IMG/VR virus record: IMGVR_UViG_3300036985_004624
DNA: 64,000 bases
Reading direction: 5' to 3' (one strand)
Source of the DNA: a virus
Both the position numbers and the translations under genes were made by a program. Below, in pieces: positions 38,875 through 47,025 of the stretch. Position 1 is the first letter of the stretch, and each line of letters opens with the position of its first letter. The notes under the pieces were generated by a model that was not told where the DNA came from, made no database searches, and saw nothing but the letters and a program-made list of their open reading frames with translations.

Positions 38875-38979
38875 CAGGATGTTTCGCTTTGGACCGGGAG
38901 TCGAACCCTATTGCGATGCTCCCAATGAGCTGGCCCGCCTAAGTTTTGGTGGCGATTGATTGTTTGCTGCAACCATCCT
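38875..38979 (-). ncRNA. CAGCAA-scaffold RNA carrying D-arm/T-arm (elbow) mimic
   Basis: AGGATGG-TTG-CAGCAA..AGCTCATTGGGAGC..GGG-TTCGACT-CCC..CATCCTG. Confidence 0.75.
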
Positions 38980-38985
38980 TTAAAA

Positions 38986-39405
38986 TTATTTACCGGATAA
39001 CTCTACAATCAACTCATTGAGTTCATAGAATACTCCGCTTGCAAACTGATACATTACATCCCAGCGATCCGGGTCTTCTAATAGTATGTATCCAGGCTTG
39101 CCTTTACCAATCATGTATCCGAGTTCTAAGTGACCCGACTTACCTGCTGGTAATAATAATATTGCTATATCATTTCTATCTAAATGATACTTGTCAAATT
39201 CGTATACGTGTTTAGCTGCGTATCCAGCTAGACCTTGTTTATAATTATTGCCTTTGGCAATTTCATATTTCTGCCAATAGTCGTCTGCTTCGGGACCTGC
39301 CGAAATCCAATCATCGAACACCTCGTGTCCGGCAGCTCGTAACATAAGAGCTGTTTCAATAATCTTTGGATTTCTTAGTGAACCTATGAGATAAATTTTT
39401 GCCAT
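38986..39405 (-). CDS. nucleoside 2-deoxyribosyltransferase-like protein
   Basis: KIYLIGS, D..HLDRND, GKSGHLELGY. Confidence 0.8.
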   Translation of the reverse strand: MAKIYLIGSLRNPKIIETALMLRAAGHEVFDDWISAGPEADDYWQKYEIAKGNNYKQGLAGYAAKHVYEFDKYHLDRNDIAILLLPAGKSGHLELGYMIGKGKPGYILLEDPDRWDVMYQFASGVFYELNELIVELSGK

Positions 39406-39426
39406 GTAATATCCTTAATTTATCAA

Positions 39427-39455
39427 AGTATATAACATGTGACACTCTGTGTCAA
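39427..39455 (-). promoter_or_regulatory. sigma70 promoter with palindrome over -35
   Basis: TTGACA-17-TATACT, TGACAC-AGA-GTGTCA. Confidence 0.75.
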
Positions 39456-39463
39456 CAAATTCA

Positions 39464-39541
39464 TGGTGCCCAAGGTGGGATTCGAACCCACACTGTTCGG
39501 CTTCTAAAACCGTTGTCTCCTACCAATTGCACTACTTGGGC
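39464..39541 (-). tRNA. tRNA-Leu(TAG), short V arm
   Basis: ACGGT-TTTAGAA-GCCGA. Confidence 0.9.
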
Positions 39542-39550
39542 ATAAACATT

Positions 39551-39620
39551 TAGTGATAGAGGGAATCGAACCCCACCCCCAAGCTGTGTGGCTTGGTACG
39601 CTGCCGTTACGCTACTATAT
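39551..39620 (-). pseudogene. degenerate tRNA-like element
   Basis: D and T arms present, 6-nt anticodon loop CACACA, broken acceptor, no CCA. Confidence 0.55.
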
Positions 39621-39680
39621 AAAATTCAATAAAGGTAGGAACATTATCTACAGCTTTCGCCTCCGATGTATACCTAAAAC

Positions 39681-39758
39681 TGGATGCAGACGGTTGGATT
39701 CGAACCAACGACCTTTAGGTTATGAGCCTAACGAGCTACCAAGCTGCTCCACGCTGCT
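39681..39758 (-). tRNA. tRNA-Met(CAT), initiator-like D arm
   Basis: TGGAGCAGCTTGGTAGCTCG, TTAGG-CTCATAA-CCTAA, 1:72 mismatch. Confidence 0.85.
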
Positions 39759-39763
39759 GTATC

Positions 39764-39834
39764 TGGATGCGGGGTCAGGAATCGCGCCTGAAAGACCGAG
39801 CTTATGAGACTGGACGAGCACTTGCATCCCCGCA
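39764..39834 (-). tRNA. atypical tRNA(CAT), reduced D arm
   Basis: TGCGGGG/CCCCGCA-TCCA, CTCATAA loop. Confidence 0.6.
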
Positions 39835-39974
39835 ATAATTAATGCACCCTCGATTTTACTCTTCGGACGACTTTAGTTACTTATCACCTTGTAGACTTAC
39901 TACCATGTTTTTTGCAAATGTTCCGCTTTGTCATTGTGGCAGCGGGAGCCTTGACGTCAATTGCAAATTCTGTT

Positions 39975-40058
39975 TGGTGCCCTGGGCGAGATTCGAACTC
40001 GCAACCCTTTCGGGGACGGCTTCTTAGACCGCTATGTAAACCGTTCCATCACCGGGGC
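39975..40058 (-). tRNA. tRNA-Leu(AAG)
   Basis: GCGGT-CTAAGAA-GCCGT, V arm CCC-GAAA-GGG. Confidence 0.88.
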
Positions 40059-40063
40059 GATAT

Positions 40064-40139
40064 TGGTGCAACCTACAGGGATCGAACCTGTTTGTCTGGG
40101 ACTTCACGCCAGCGCAATGACCACATTTGCTAAAGTTGC
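40064..40139 (-). tRNA. tRNA-Phe(GAA), unusual loop
   Basis: CTGGC-GTGAAGT-CCCAG. Confidence 0.8.
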
Positions 40140-40140
40140 G

Positions 40141-40617
40141 TTAATTTTTAGATATATCTTGTACTGTCGATATCTTTTTCAATAATAGTTCGCAGATATA
40201 TCGTAAATCTTTATTATCTGTAACAATTAATTCAAAAGGCACATCATTATAATGATCGGGGTCATAAGTCAGTTGAGTTCTATCATCTATACCAGTATAC
40301 ACTGTTTGTATACCCGTGTCTGATATTAACTCGCTGCAACTTTCCCCAAATCTATCGTCCATATGAACAAAACACGGACTAAGTGTAGTAACTAATATTG
40401 CACTATTTGGTAAATCACCATATAGTAAATGAAATTTATTAATCACTGTATGTTCAGCATGTTTCCATTTACCGGATATAGACTGTATAGCAGTTTCATA
40501 CACAGTATCATATTCTTCTGTTACTATGGCTGCGCCGACTAAACCAAAACATTCATTACCGTATTTTTCGTAACGGCGTAAGACTAATTTAAGACAATTT
40601 AATAATACATGATCCAT
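40141..40617 (-). CDS. zinc-dependent nucleotide/nucleic acid deaminase
   Basis: HAE, TTLSPC(x11)C, VYTG. Confidence 0.82.
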   Translation of the reverse strand: MDHVLLNCLKLVLRRYEKYGNECFGLVGAAIVTEEYDTVYETAIQSISGKWKHAEHTVINKFHLLYGDLPNSAILVTTLSPCFVHMDDRFGESCSELISDTGIQTVYTGIDDRTQLTYDPDHYNDVPFELIVTDNKDLRYICELLLKKISTVQDISKN

Positions 40618-40627
40618 GTATTATTTA

Positions 40628-40990
40628 TCAAGCCTGTCTGTGCAGGAAATGTTCTTTTACTGATGTCGGTGCAAAATATTTGTGAATGATATCGCGCACA
40701 ATTTGCGGATCGAACTTTTTGCAGGAAAATACATCAAAATATGCTGTGCTATCCGGCTCAATGAAGTGGGCGCAAATATTACTTGTTTCGATGAGTTGTA
40801 CTAAACTAAATCCTTGTTTAGGGTCGCCCGGTAGCATATACTCGATCATAGGTTCACCGTGTGCAACCATATCAATTGCTGGCACAAGTTCTTTAACAAA
40901 TTTCTTTATTTGACCTGCGCTTGCTATGTTTTCGTTACACCCTGCTGTGTCAAGCATTAAATGATAGCCCCAATATTCGCTCATATTCAT
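40628..40990 (-). CDS. speD: S-adenosylmethionine decarboxylase proenzyme
   Basis: WGYHLMLD, QLIETSNICAHF, DVFSCK. Confidence 0.88.
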   Translation of the reverse strand: MNMSEYWGYHLMLDTAGCNENIASAGQIKKFVKELVPAIDMVAHGEPMIEYMLPGDPKQGFSLVQLIETSNICAHFIEPDSTAYFDVFSCKKFDPQIVRDIIHKYFAPTSVKEHFLHRQA

Positions 40991-41022
40991 CCCCTATAAT
41001 TGAAGCTATTTACCTAATTGTT

Positions 41023-41096
41023 TGGCGGGCGAACAAGGACTCGAACCTTGACTGACGGTTTTGGAGACCGCGGTGCTGCCATTACACCATTCACCC
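41023..41096 (-). tRNA. tRNA-Trp(CCA)
   Basis: GCGGT-CTCCAAA-ACCGT. Confidence 0.93.
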
Positions 41097-41134
41097 TAAA
41101 TTTTATAGTTAGCGTATTTATCGCTAACTGTCTG

Positions 41135-41836
41135 TCATTTTGTTGCAGCTTTATAACCTGTATAAGCCAACATAGCAATCCCGATAAACGGAAGAGTTAT
41201 TGCATATGCTAAGCCGATAAATGGAGAAGCAATAAATAAGCCTACATTCTTAACTGTAGTGAATGCTTTTGTTTTTGCAAAAGCCTTATATGCTACTAGA
41301 GCCAACATACCTAAACCAACTAATGGTAGGAACATTGCATATAATAAACCTATAAATGGAGCAGCCATAAACAATGCAATATTTTTCCAATGCGGCTCTT
41401 CAACTGCTGTTGGTGCTACTACATCTACCGCTGCAATTTCTTGAATGAAAACTTCTGCAATAGCTTCTTTTTCGCTCATTGCTCTAGCTGCACTTTCTTC
41501 GATCATTTCTGGCGAAAGTGGCTTACGCATAAAGTCCGATACACCGATATTAGCGGCACGTTCTTCGTATGTCGGAGATCCGAACCCTGTTACGATAACA
41601 ACTGGCATCCATGGTTGGCTTGCCTTAACGTGTGTAGCAACTTCGATACCATCCATACCAGGCATTTTCAAATCAGTGAATACAGCATCATATTCTTCTG
41701 TTTTTAATTTAGCAAGTGCTTCTTCGCCGCTATGGCAGTTAATAACTGCATAACCTTTACTGGCCAATACACGTTCAAAGCTCTTACCAACTACCGGATC
41801 ATCATCTACTACTAAAATTTTACGTTGTGTTTTCAT
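41135..41836 (-). CDS. response regulator receiver with duplicated C-terminal membrane repeat
   Basis: ILVVDDD, TDLKMPGMDG, KPL, two NxxLFxAxPFIGL repeats. Confidence 0.88.
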   Translation of the reverse strand: MKTQRKILVVDDDPVVGKSFERVLASKGYAVINCHSGEEALAKLKTEEYDAVFTDLKMPGMDGIEVATHVKASQPWMPVVIVTGFGSPTYEERAANIGVSDFMRKPLSPEMIEESAARAMSEKEAIAEVFIQEIAAVDVVAPTAVEEPHWKNIALFMAAPFIGLLYAMFLPLVGLGMLALVAYKAFAKTKAFTTVKNVGLFIASPFIGLAYAITLPFIGIAMLAYTGYKAATK

Positions 41837-41983
41837 ATATACTCCTTTTATTTAATGTAACAATTGTGTGCGTTACATTAACATTATTATAAGCCCTTAT
41901 GGGGTCTCATACTAGTATTTATACTGATAGACTCAGTGTTTACACTGATAAAACTTGTTCTAGATTAAAGAAACCTATATAAA

Positions 41984-42058
41984 TGGACCCGCTGCCAGGA
42001 GTTGAACCTGGGTTTTTAGTTTCGCAAACTAAGGAACTATCCATTGTTCTACAGCGAG
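41984..42058 (-). tRNA. tRNA-Arg(GCG)
   Basis: TTAGT-TTGCGAA-ACTAA. Confidence 0.85.
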
Positions 42059-42064
42059 GAATTT

Positions 42065-42138
42065 TGGCAGGGGTACTTGGAATCAAACCAAGGATAATGA
42101 GTTCAAAGCCCATTGTGTTATCATTACACTATACCCCA
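42065..42138 (-). tRNA. tRNA-Gln(TTG)
   Basis: ATGGG-CTTTGAA-CTCAT. Confidence 0.9.
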
Positions 42139-42147
42139 ACAATAAAA

Positions 42148-42210
42148 CAGAGTGCTTTTTCTTTTCAAAGATAATGGTTTTGAAATTTTTAAGTTTGCTG
42201 GAAGCACTCT
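42148..42210 (-). ncRNA. CAGCAA-scaffold RNA
   Basis: AGAGTGC-TTC-CAGCAA..GCACTCTG. Confidence 0.72.
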
Positions 42211-42222
42211 TCAGAAATAAAA

Positions 42223-42305
42223 CAGAATTCTTATAACAGATCCTGTTACAGATCCGATTGGAGTTGAACCAATTTTAACCATAAGGTTGTTGCTGGAAGA
42301 ATTCT
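42223..42305 (-). ncRNA. CAGCAA-scaffold RNA carrying T-arm plus closed hairpin
   Basis: AGAATTC-TTC-CAGCAA..ATTGG-TTCAACT-CCAAT..GAATTCTG. Confidence 0.72.
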
Positions 42306-42312
42306 TCGAATT

Positions 42313-42390
42313 TGGTACGGGTGATGGGATTCGAACCCACACTGTTCAGATTTTAAGTCTGCTGTCTCCTACCAATTGCACTACACCCGC
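42313..42390 (-). tRNA. tRNA-Leu(TAA), short V arm
   Basis: GCAGA-CTTAAAA-TCTGA. Confidence 0.9.
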
Positions 42391-42396
42391 GTTAAT

Positions 42397-43119
42397 TTAT
42401 ACAGTGGTATTTCGCCACGTTCCGCCGAACGACACATCTTCTATATCAGGAGGGATAGTATCTACATACTCTTTACCTAATGCATCGAACGCCCATACTT
42501 TTTCCGAACAAGAATAACAATCATCACACTTGCCAACAGCATGTACCGTGCAGGAATGTGTCCACGGAATAATATCTTCACACCCCAATTTATAATATAA
42601 ATCTACAATTTGGGGCTTATGTAATACTAGGAAAGGTGCCTTATATAAAACTTGCTCGTCTGGATAAAACATCTTTAATGTGTGCTTAAACGGCCTAATA
42701 TCACCCGGGGCCATCCTATTATTGCCTTGATAAATATCCATATCATGTTTATTTGCATGGTAGGTTTCTCTAATAGGAACTATCCCAATTCTGCCTTCGG
42801 AATATGCAGGTTCATTATTTTCTAAATTATTTTGGTGATTTATCGTTACACCAAAATATTTAGATAATTTATCGACTACTCGTTCGGAATAATATGTCGA
42901 TCCTTCACCTTTGACAATAGTAAATGCAGTAACGGGGATAGTATTTAATCTACCTGTATCTTTTAAATCTGATAAAATTAAACATAACAGAGCAGTAGAA
43001 TCTAGTCCACCTGAACTGAAAACGCCCACTCTTTTAATTTCATTGCCTAATCTATTATGAGTAGGTATTGTAAATCTAAACGGTACCGATAAATTTTCTG
43101 GCCCTAATACTAAATCCAT
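42397..43119 (-). CDS. QueC-like PP-loop ATPase (second copy)
   Basis: SGGLDS, THSC..CDDCYSCSEKVWAF. Confidence 0.8.
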   Translation of the reverse strand: MDLVLGPENLSVPFRFTIPTHNRLGNEIKRVGVFSSGGLDSTALLCLILSDLKDTGRLNTIPVTAFTIVKGEGSTYYSERVVDKLSKYFGVTINHQNNLENNEPAYSEGRIGIVPIRETYHANKHDMDIYQGNNRMAPGDIRPFKHTLKMFYPDEQVLYKAPFLVLHKPQIVDLYYKLGCEDIIPWTHSCTVHAVGKCDDCYSCSEKVWAFDALGKEYVDTIPPDIEDVSFGGTWRNTTV

Positions 43120-43380
43120 ATTGTGTTCCTTTTACGATTCACTATTTATATATTTAAATATAAGGTTAATAAAAAACGACTTTCCAGCGACGCGCACGGT
43201 TCAAACCCGAAATCTCTCCCACTCGTCATTCGACTAGTAACAGGTTTGTATCATTACTGATACGAGTGCATTAGACTTATGCTACACATATGGAAAATCT
43301 ATCATTCCTCTATCCTCGTCCGGTCATTACGGAATGGTTACGCGCCTATGATACCTACTAAAGTTTTAAGGCATGAATTT

Positions 43381-43456
43381 TGGAGCAGGTAGCCAGTAAC
43401 GATCTGGGCTATTTTAGTTTGGAAGACTAATGTGTATCCGTAAACACCTTACCTGC
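43381..43456 (-). tRNA. tRNA-Gly(TCC)
   Basis: TTAGT-CTTCCAA-ACTAA. Confidence 0.88.
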
Positions 43457-43858
43457 ATTATTCTTTAATATACTCCCTCTGCCCCGACCTTTATTTTTTG
43501 AACCATAAAATTCCGTCTGTGTATGGCAATTAGGACACAATAATAGTAGATTTTCTTCTTTATTATTTCTACTATTACCATCACAATGTTCTAATTGCAT
43601 TGTCAACGGTAAATTATTATGAATACTAGTCTGGCCGCATGTAACACACGTATTATTATATTTTTCGCATATGTATCTACGAATAAAAGAACTTGTCTGT
43701 GTCAGCCCCTTAAACCCCTGTTCTAATCCATCTTTCCATCTCTGTATAAAGACACTGTATTCGAATTTTTTTTGACATTGGCGGCTGCAATATCTGTTCT
43801 TCTTATTTGATCTATACGGCGAATCTTCAGCGCAATATAGGCATTTGTAAATTTTCAC
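43427..43858 (-). mobile_element. HNH homing endonuclease cassette flanked by 15-bp direct repeats
   Basis: LEHCDGNSRNNKEENLLLLCPNCH, TACCTGCATTATTCT at 43450-43464 and 43866-43880. Confidence 0.85.
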
Positions 43859-43873
43859 AATAGTCTACCTGCA

Positions 43874-44176
43874 TTATTCTATGACTATCAACTTATATGT
43901 TGAATTTTCTGTTTCAAAGATAACCATATTATCTTCTTCTTTAATACTTTTTACGGTGCTTGTTCTTACGATCCTCAAGTCGAGCCCAAAGGTTAACGAC
44001 TTCGATACCATAGAGAATGATTCGCCGATAATTGGGTAATCTACGCATGTACCTTCTACTATGTCGGTCCTAACTCTACCGCCGCCTAGTACTTTTGATA
44101 ATATTATGTTGTGCATTATATTAACATTGCCCGGATTAGGGGCAAGTTCTTTTATTAAACAGAAACGCCGGGCCAA
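43874..44176 (-). CDS. hypothetical protein (start likely ~44116)
   Basis: VRTSTVKSI..FETENSTY. Confidence 0.65.
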   Translation of the reverse strand: MARRFCLIKELAPNPGNVNIMHNIILSKVLGGGRVRTDIVEGTCVDYPIIGESFSMVSKSLTFGLDLRIVRTSTVKSIKEEDNMVIFETENSTYKLIVIE

Positions 44177-45183
44177 ATCATCAAGCCCATGCCTTTAGTT
44201 AACTTACGATTAATTGATGTCGATTGAACATAAATTTCATAGTTGCCATGCATACCTGGAGCAAGTTTGACATTGCCGCTATGTGGGAGGCCGAGCAAGT
44301 CTCTTGCTGCGAGACCGCTATAGACCGCACCTGAAGATTTATCGCGGATTGCAATTTGCTTATACTCTTGAATTTCTTCTGTCTTTTTCAATTCGTAGAA
44401 TGCACAGCCTTTTACAAAAGTAACACCCTGGTCATTTACAAAATCACGAATTTGTGCGCCATCGTTAGCAGCATCTACTTCGTAAACAATTACTTGTTTA
44501 GAAATATCAACTAAGGCAGTTTTTACTTCCTTAAGTGAAACTGTGCTCAAATCTGCATAGAACTTATCAGTACTTGTCATCCCTTTAGAACGAGCAGTAT
44601 AATATCCGTCAAATGCTGAACGAGTAGCTGCCGATGCAACTTCTACACCACGTGTAGTTTGTTCCCATTCTAGAATATTGCCTTCCGGAATACCATATTG
44701 CATTAACCCGCGCTTTTCGCCGCGAGGTACACGGAATACAAATGTCCAGCGATCAGTTGCTTGTAATTCTTTAATCTTCTTACTAATGGTATGTCCTGTC
44801 CACTTAGTTGACGAATTCTCTTGCCCGTCTGTAATTGTCATAACAACGAACGAAACTTCCGGATCGTTTGCATCAGGAACAGATTGTAGTTGCTCGATTA
44901 AATCGCCCACGCTGTCAAACAGTGGTGTCGAATTGCCATCGGCAATATAATCACCGTCTTTAATAGGCTTCAGCATATTGACGTTAGAGTTGATAACTTC
45001 CCGAACAACTCTTGCGGGGCGGCCTGCACCGCACTTAACAACACTAACAATGGTGTCGATGTTATGCGCTGTAGCACCTTCTTTAATAGAAGCGATATTA
45101 TCGTTGTAATCGCGACCTGCTGCAAGGGTAATCATACCCATAGAACCGCTATGATCGCGGCTAATACCAATGTAATTTTTCAT
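44155..45183 (-). CDS. von Willebrand factor A domain protein
   Basis: MIDAS DHSGSM, TPLFDSVG, ITDGQENSS. Confidence 0.88.
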   Translation of the reverse strand: MKNYIGISRDHSGSMGMITLAAGRDYNDNIASIKEGATAHNIDTIVSVVKCGAGRPARVVREVINSNVNMLKPIKDGDYIADGNSTPLFDSVGDLIEQLQSVPDANDPEVSFVVMTITDGQENSSTKWTGHTISKKIKELQATDRWTFVFRVPRGEKRGLMQYGIPEGNILEWEQTTRGVEVASAATRSAFDGYYTARSKGMTSTDKFYADLSTVSLKEVKTALVDISKQVIVYEVDAANDGAQIRDFVNDQGVTFVKGCAFYELKKTEEIQEYKQIAIRDKSSGAVYSGLAARDLLGLPHSGNVKLAPGMHGNYEIYVQSTSINRKLTKGMGLMIWPGVSV

Positions 45184-45252
45184 GTGTACCTTTCTGTGTT
45201 AGATTAAAATATGTACACGAGCAGTTTACTATAGCTGCATTAAGGTGTCAAA

Positions 45253-45368
45253 TGGTGCCGCATGCCTGGATTTGCACCAAGTCTTCTTCCTTATGAATGG
45301 AATTTAATTGCTGTAAGAATCCTTGGCAGGATTACCTTTAAGCGTGCTATCTATTACACTACAGCGAC
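45253..45368 (-). ncRNA. tRNA-like RNA with permuted CAGCAA module plus CAT loop in anticodon arm
   Basis: D arm, AATCCTG-CCA-AGGATTC-TTA-CAGCAA, TTCC-ATTCATAA-GGAA, T arm, ACCA. Confidence 0.7.
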
Positions 45369-45373
45369 ATTGT

Positions 45374-45435
45374 TGGTGTCCCGCTTATACCCTGCAATAT
45401 GTATCAACAGATACAGGAATCATAGGAGCCGAACA
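45374..45435 (-). ncRNA. CCA-ended minihelix RNA
   Basis: Terminal stem plus ACCA, internal TGTATC/GATACA hairpin. Confidence 0.5.
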
Positions 45436-45440
45436 TAAAT

Positions 45441-45500
45441 TGGTCCCCATTCATATTCCACCACATACGGCCAATCTAACCAGTTAGAGATAATGGGAAC
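45441..45500 (-). ncRNA. CCA-ended minihelix RNA
   Basis: TCCCATT/AATGGGG-ACCA. Confidence 0.5.
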
Positions 45501-45510
45501 AGGGGTAAAG

Positions 45511-45586
45511 TGGTGGGCTTGTCCGTAATCGAAACGGAATCTCTCTGCTTAAGAGGCAGGACTCTAGCCACTTGAGTTACAAACCC
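45511..45586 (-). tRNA. tRNA-Lys(CTT)
   Basis: CCTGC-CTCTTAA-GCAGA. Confidence 0.88.
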
Positions 45587-45592
45587 GAAAAA

Positions 45593-45682
45593 TGGTGGGC
45601 ATACGATGGATTCGAACCACGCCAAACAAACTGCATCGCAGATGCATCTACTGTATGTTTGAATATACTACCTTAGGTGCCC
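45593..45682 (-). ncRNA. tRNA-like RNA with elongated anticodon arm
   Basis: GGGCA/TGCCC-ACCA, TTCGAAT T loop, CAAACA..TGCATC-TGC-GATGCA..TGTTTG. Confidence 0.6.
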
Positions 45683-45686
45683 ATAA

Positions 45687-45761
45687 TGGTATTCCGCTGG
45701 GGTTTTGATCCCCACTCAATAGTTTGAAGGACTATCGGCCACACCAGCTGCCTCGCGGAAT
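45687..45761 (-). tRNA. atypical tRNA-Glu(TTC), C33
   Basis: ATAGT-CCTTCAA-ACTAT. Confidence 0.7.
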
Positions 45762-45767
45762 GTGTAT

Positions 45768-45841
45768 TGGTTCCCAGAGCAAGAATCGAACTTGCAAGAT
45801 TCGGTTATCAGCCGAGCATTATACCACTTAATTATCCGGGA
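45768..45841 (-). tRNA. tRNA-Ile(GAT)
   Basis: CTCGG-CTGATAA-CCGAA. Confidence 0.88.
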
Positions 45842-46505
45842 ATTTTAATTTTCTGCCTTTTGTCCAACCGTTATCAATATACGATTGTAAAAGGTCTTTA
45901 TCTATCTTTATACTTTTCTTTAGTATAATATTTGTTATCCAACAGGTGCCATATTGTGAATTATTTTCTGCTATGCCCAGACCTTTATGACTAATACTCA
46001 TCTTTATCTTTGTTTCGGTTGAATGTATTTTACCAGCAAATGGTGTAAGTTTAAGGGCATGTACTTTAGCAATTGCTATTCGGCCACGGGCGGCAACTTT
46101 ATTGGCAAATTCTGGATCAGTTTTATAATGTAATTTTCGCGATGCAGCAGTCTTAGCTTGGATTTCTGGATTTTTCAGATTACCATATCCACCCCATACT
46201 GAACTAGTATTTATATGATCCCAACCGCCGAAACCACCTATTTTTAAGTTGTATGTATTTTCGTTTGTCAGGAAATCTTCATTTACTAATTCCGCTTCTT
46301 TATCATACATTTCTTTAGGATTATCATATTCAAATAATATTTCTTTAGTGAAATTTTCTAATCCATGCTTCTTGTAAGCATGATTTAGATATTTTCCTGA
46401 ACCCATATACCCGTCGTCTTTATTCTTAGTTTTGTGAAAACCGATATAGATTTTGTTATTAAGATTATTTGTAATTTTATATATTAGATAAAACATAAGT
46501 GCCAT
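45828..46505 (-). CDS. GIY-YIG homing endonuclease (Seg-like)
   Basis: IYKITNNLNNKIYIG..GYMGSG..YNLKIGG, NUMOD3 HSTETKIKMS. Confidence 0.92.
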   Translation of the reverse strand: MALMFYLIYKITNNLNNKIYIGFHKTKNKDDGYMGSGKYLNHAYKKHGLENFTKEILFEYDNPKEMYDKEAELVNEDFLTNENTYNLKIGGFGGWDHINTSSVWGGYGNLKNPEIQAKTAASRKLHYKTDPEFANKVAARGRIAIAKVHALKLTPFAGKIHSTETKIKMSISHKGLGIAENNSQYGTCWITNIILKKSIKIDKDLLQSYIDNGWTKGRKLKFPDN

Positions 46506-46562
46506 TACGCTGTTGTTCTTATGTATTTATCATAGTTCGACGCTCTTGCGCGAACTGCTGTG

Positions 46563-46635
46563 TCTCCCTATCCGGATTCGAACCGAAACCCTACCGCCCC
46601 AAACGGCAAATGCAACCAGATAACACTTTAGAGAG
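46563..46635 (-). tRNA. tRNA-Pro(TGG), CCA not encoded
   Basis: TGCCG-TTTGGGG-CGGTA. Confidence 0.8.
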
Positions 46636-46645
46636 ATTAAAAAAT

Positions 46646-46698
46646 TGTTTAGCTAGGTAGAATGGATTCAAAGTCCACTAGTTATACTTAACTAAACA
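46646..46698 (-). ncRNA. long-stem RNA carrying Gln anticodon stem-loop
   Basis: TGTTTAGTTA/TAGCTAAACA stem enclosing TGGA-CTTTGAA-TCCA. Confidence 0.7.
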
Positions 46699-46703
46699 TA
46701 TAT

Positions 46704-46782
46704 TGGCTCCGTGTGAGGGAATCGAACCCACCTAGTCATTGATTAACAGTCAAGTCCTTGCACCTTGCTTGAATTTCACGGA
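46704..46782 (-). tRNA. tRNA-Asn(GTT)
   Basis: CTTGA-CTGTTAA-TCAAT. Confidence 0.85.
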
Positions 46783-46790
46783 ATAAATTT

Positions 46791-46865
46791 TGGTGCCCCA
46801 GGCAGGAATCGAACCCACACACCCTGATTACAAAACAGGACCTCTACCACTAAGGATACAAGGGC
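46791..46865 (-). tRNA. tRNA-Thr(TGT)
   Basis: CCTGT-TTTGTAA-TCAGG. Confidence 0.88.
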
Positions 46866-46875
46866 AATATTAAAA

Positions 46876-46931
46876 CAGACTACACATTTGGTTTCATTTA
46901 CAGTGAATTTTTAAATTGCTGTAGGTAGTCT
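46876..46931 (-). ncRNA. CAGCAA-scaffold RNA carrying Tyr anticodon stem-loop
   Basis: AGACTAC-CTA-CAGCAA..TTCA-CTGTAAA-TGAA..GTAGTCTG. Confidence 0.78.
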
Positions 46932-46938
46932 TTGAAAA

Positions 46939-47014
46939 TGGCGCCATAGACGGGAATCGGACCCGCCACGAACTGATAGACAGTCAGTTATCACCCCCAG
47001 GTGGACTCTATGGC
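46939..47014 (-). tRNA. tRNA-Asp(GTC)
   Basis: ACTGA-CTGTCTA-TCAGT. Confidence 0.85.
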
Positions 47015-47025
47015 ATAAATTAAAA

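Noticed and set aside
45687-45761. Opal (TCA) suppressor or tRNA-Sec
   Set aside because: Loop CCTTCAA gives TTC in standard register, with no long V arm or extended acceptor
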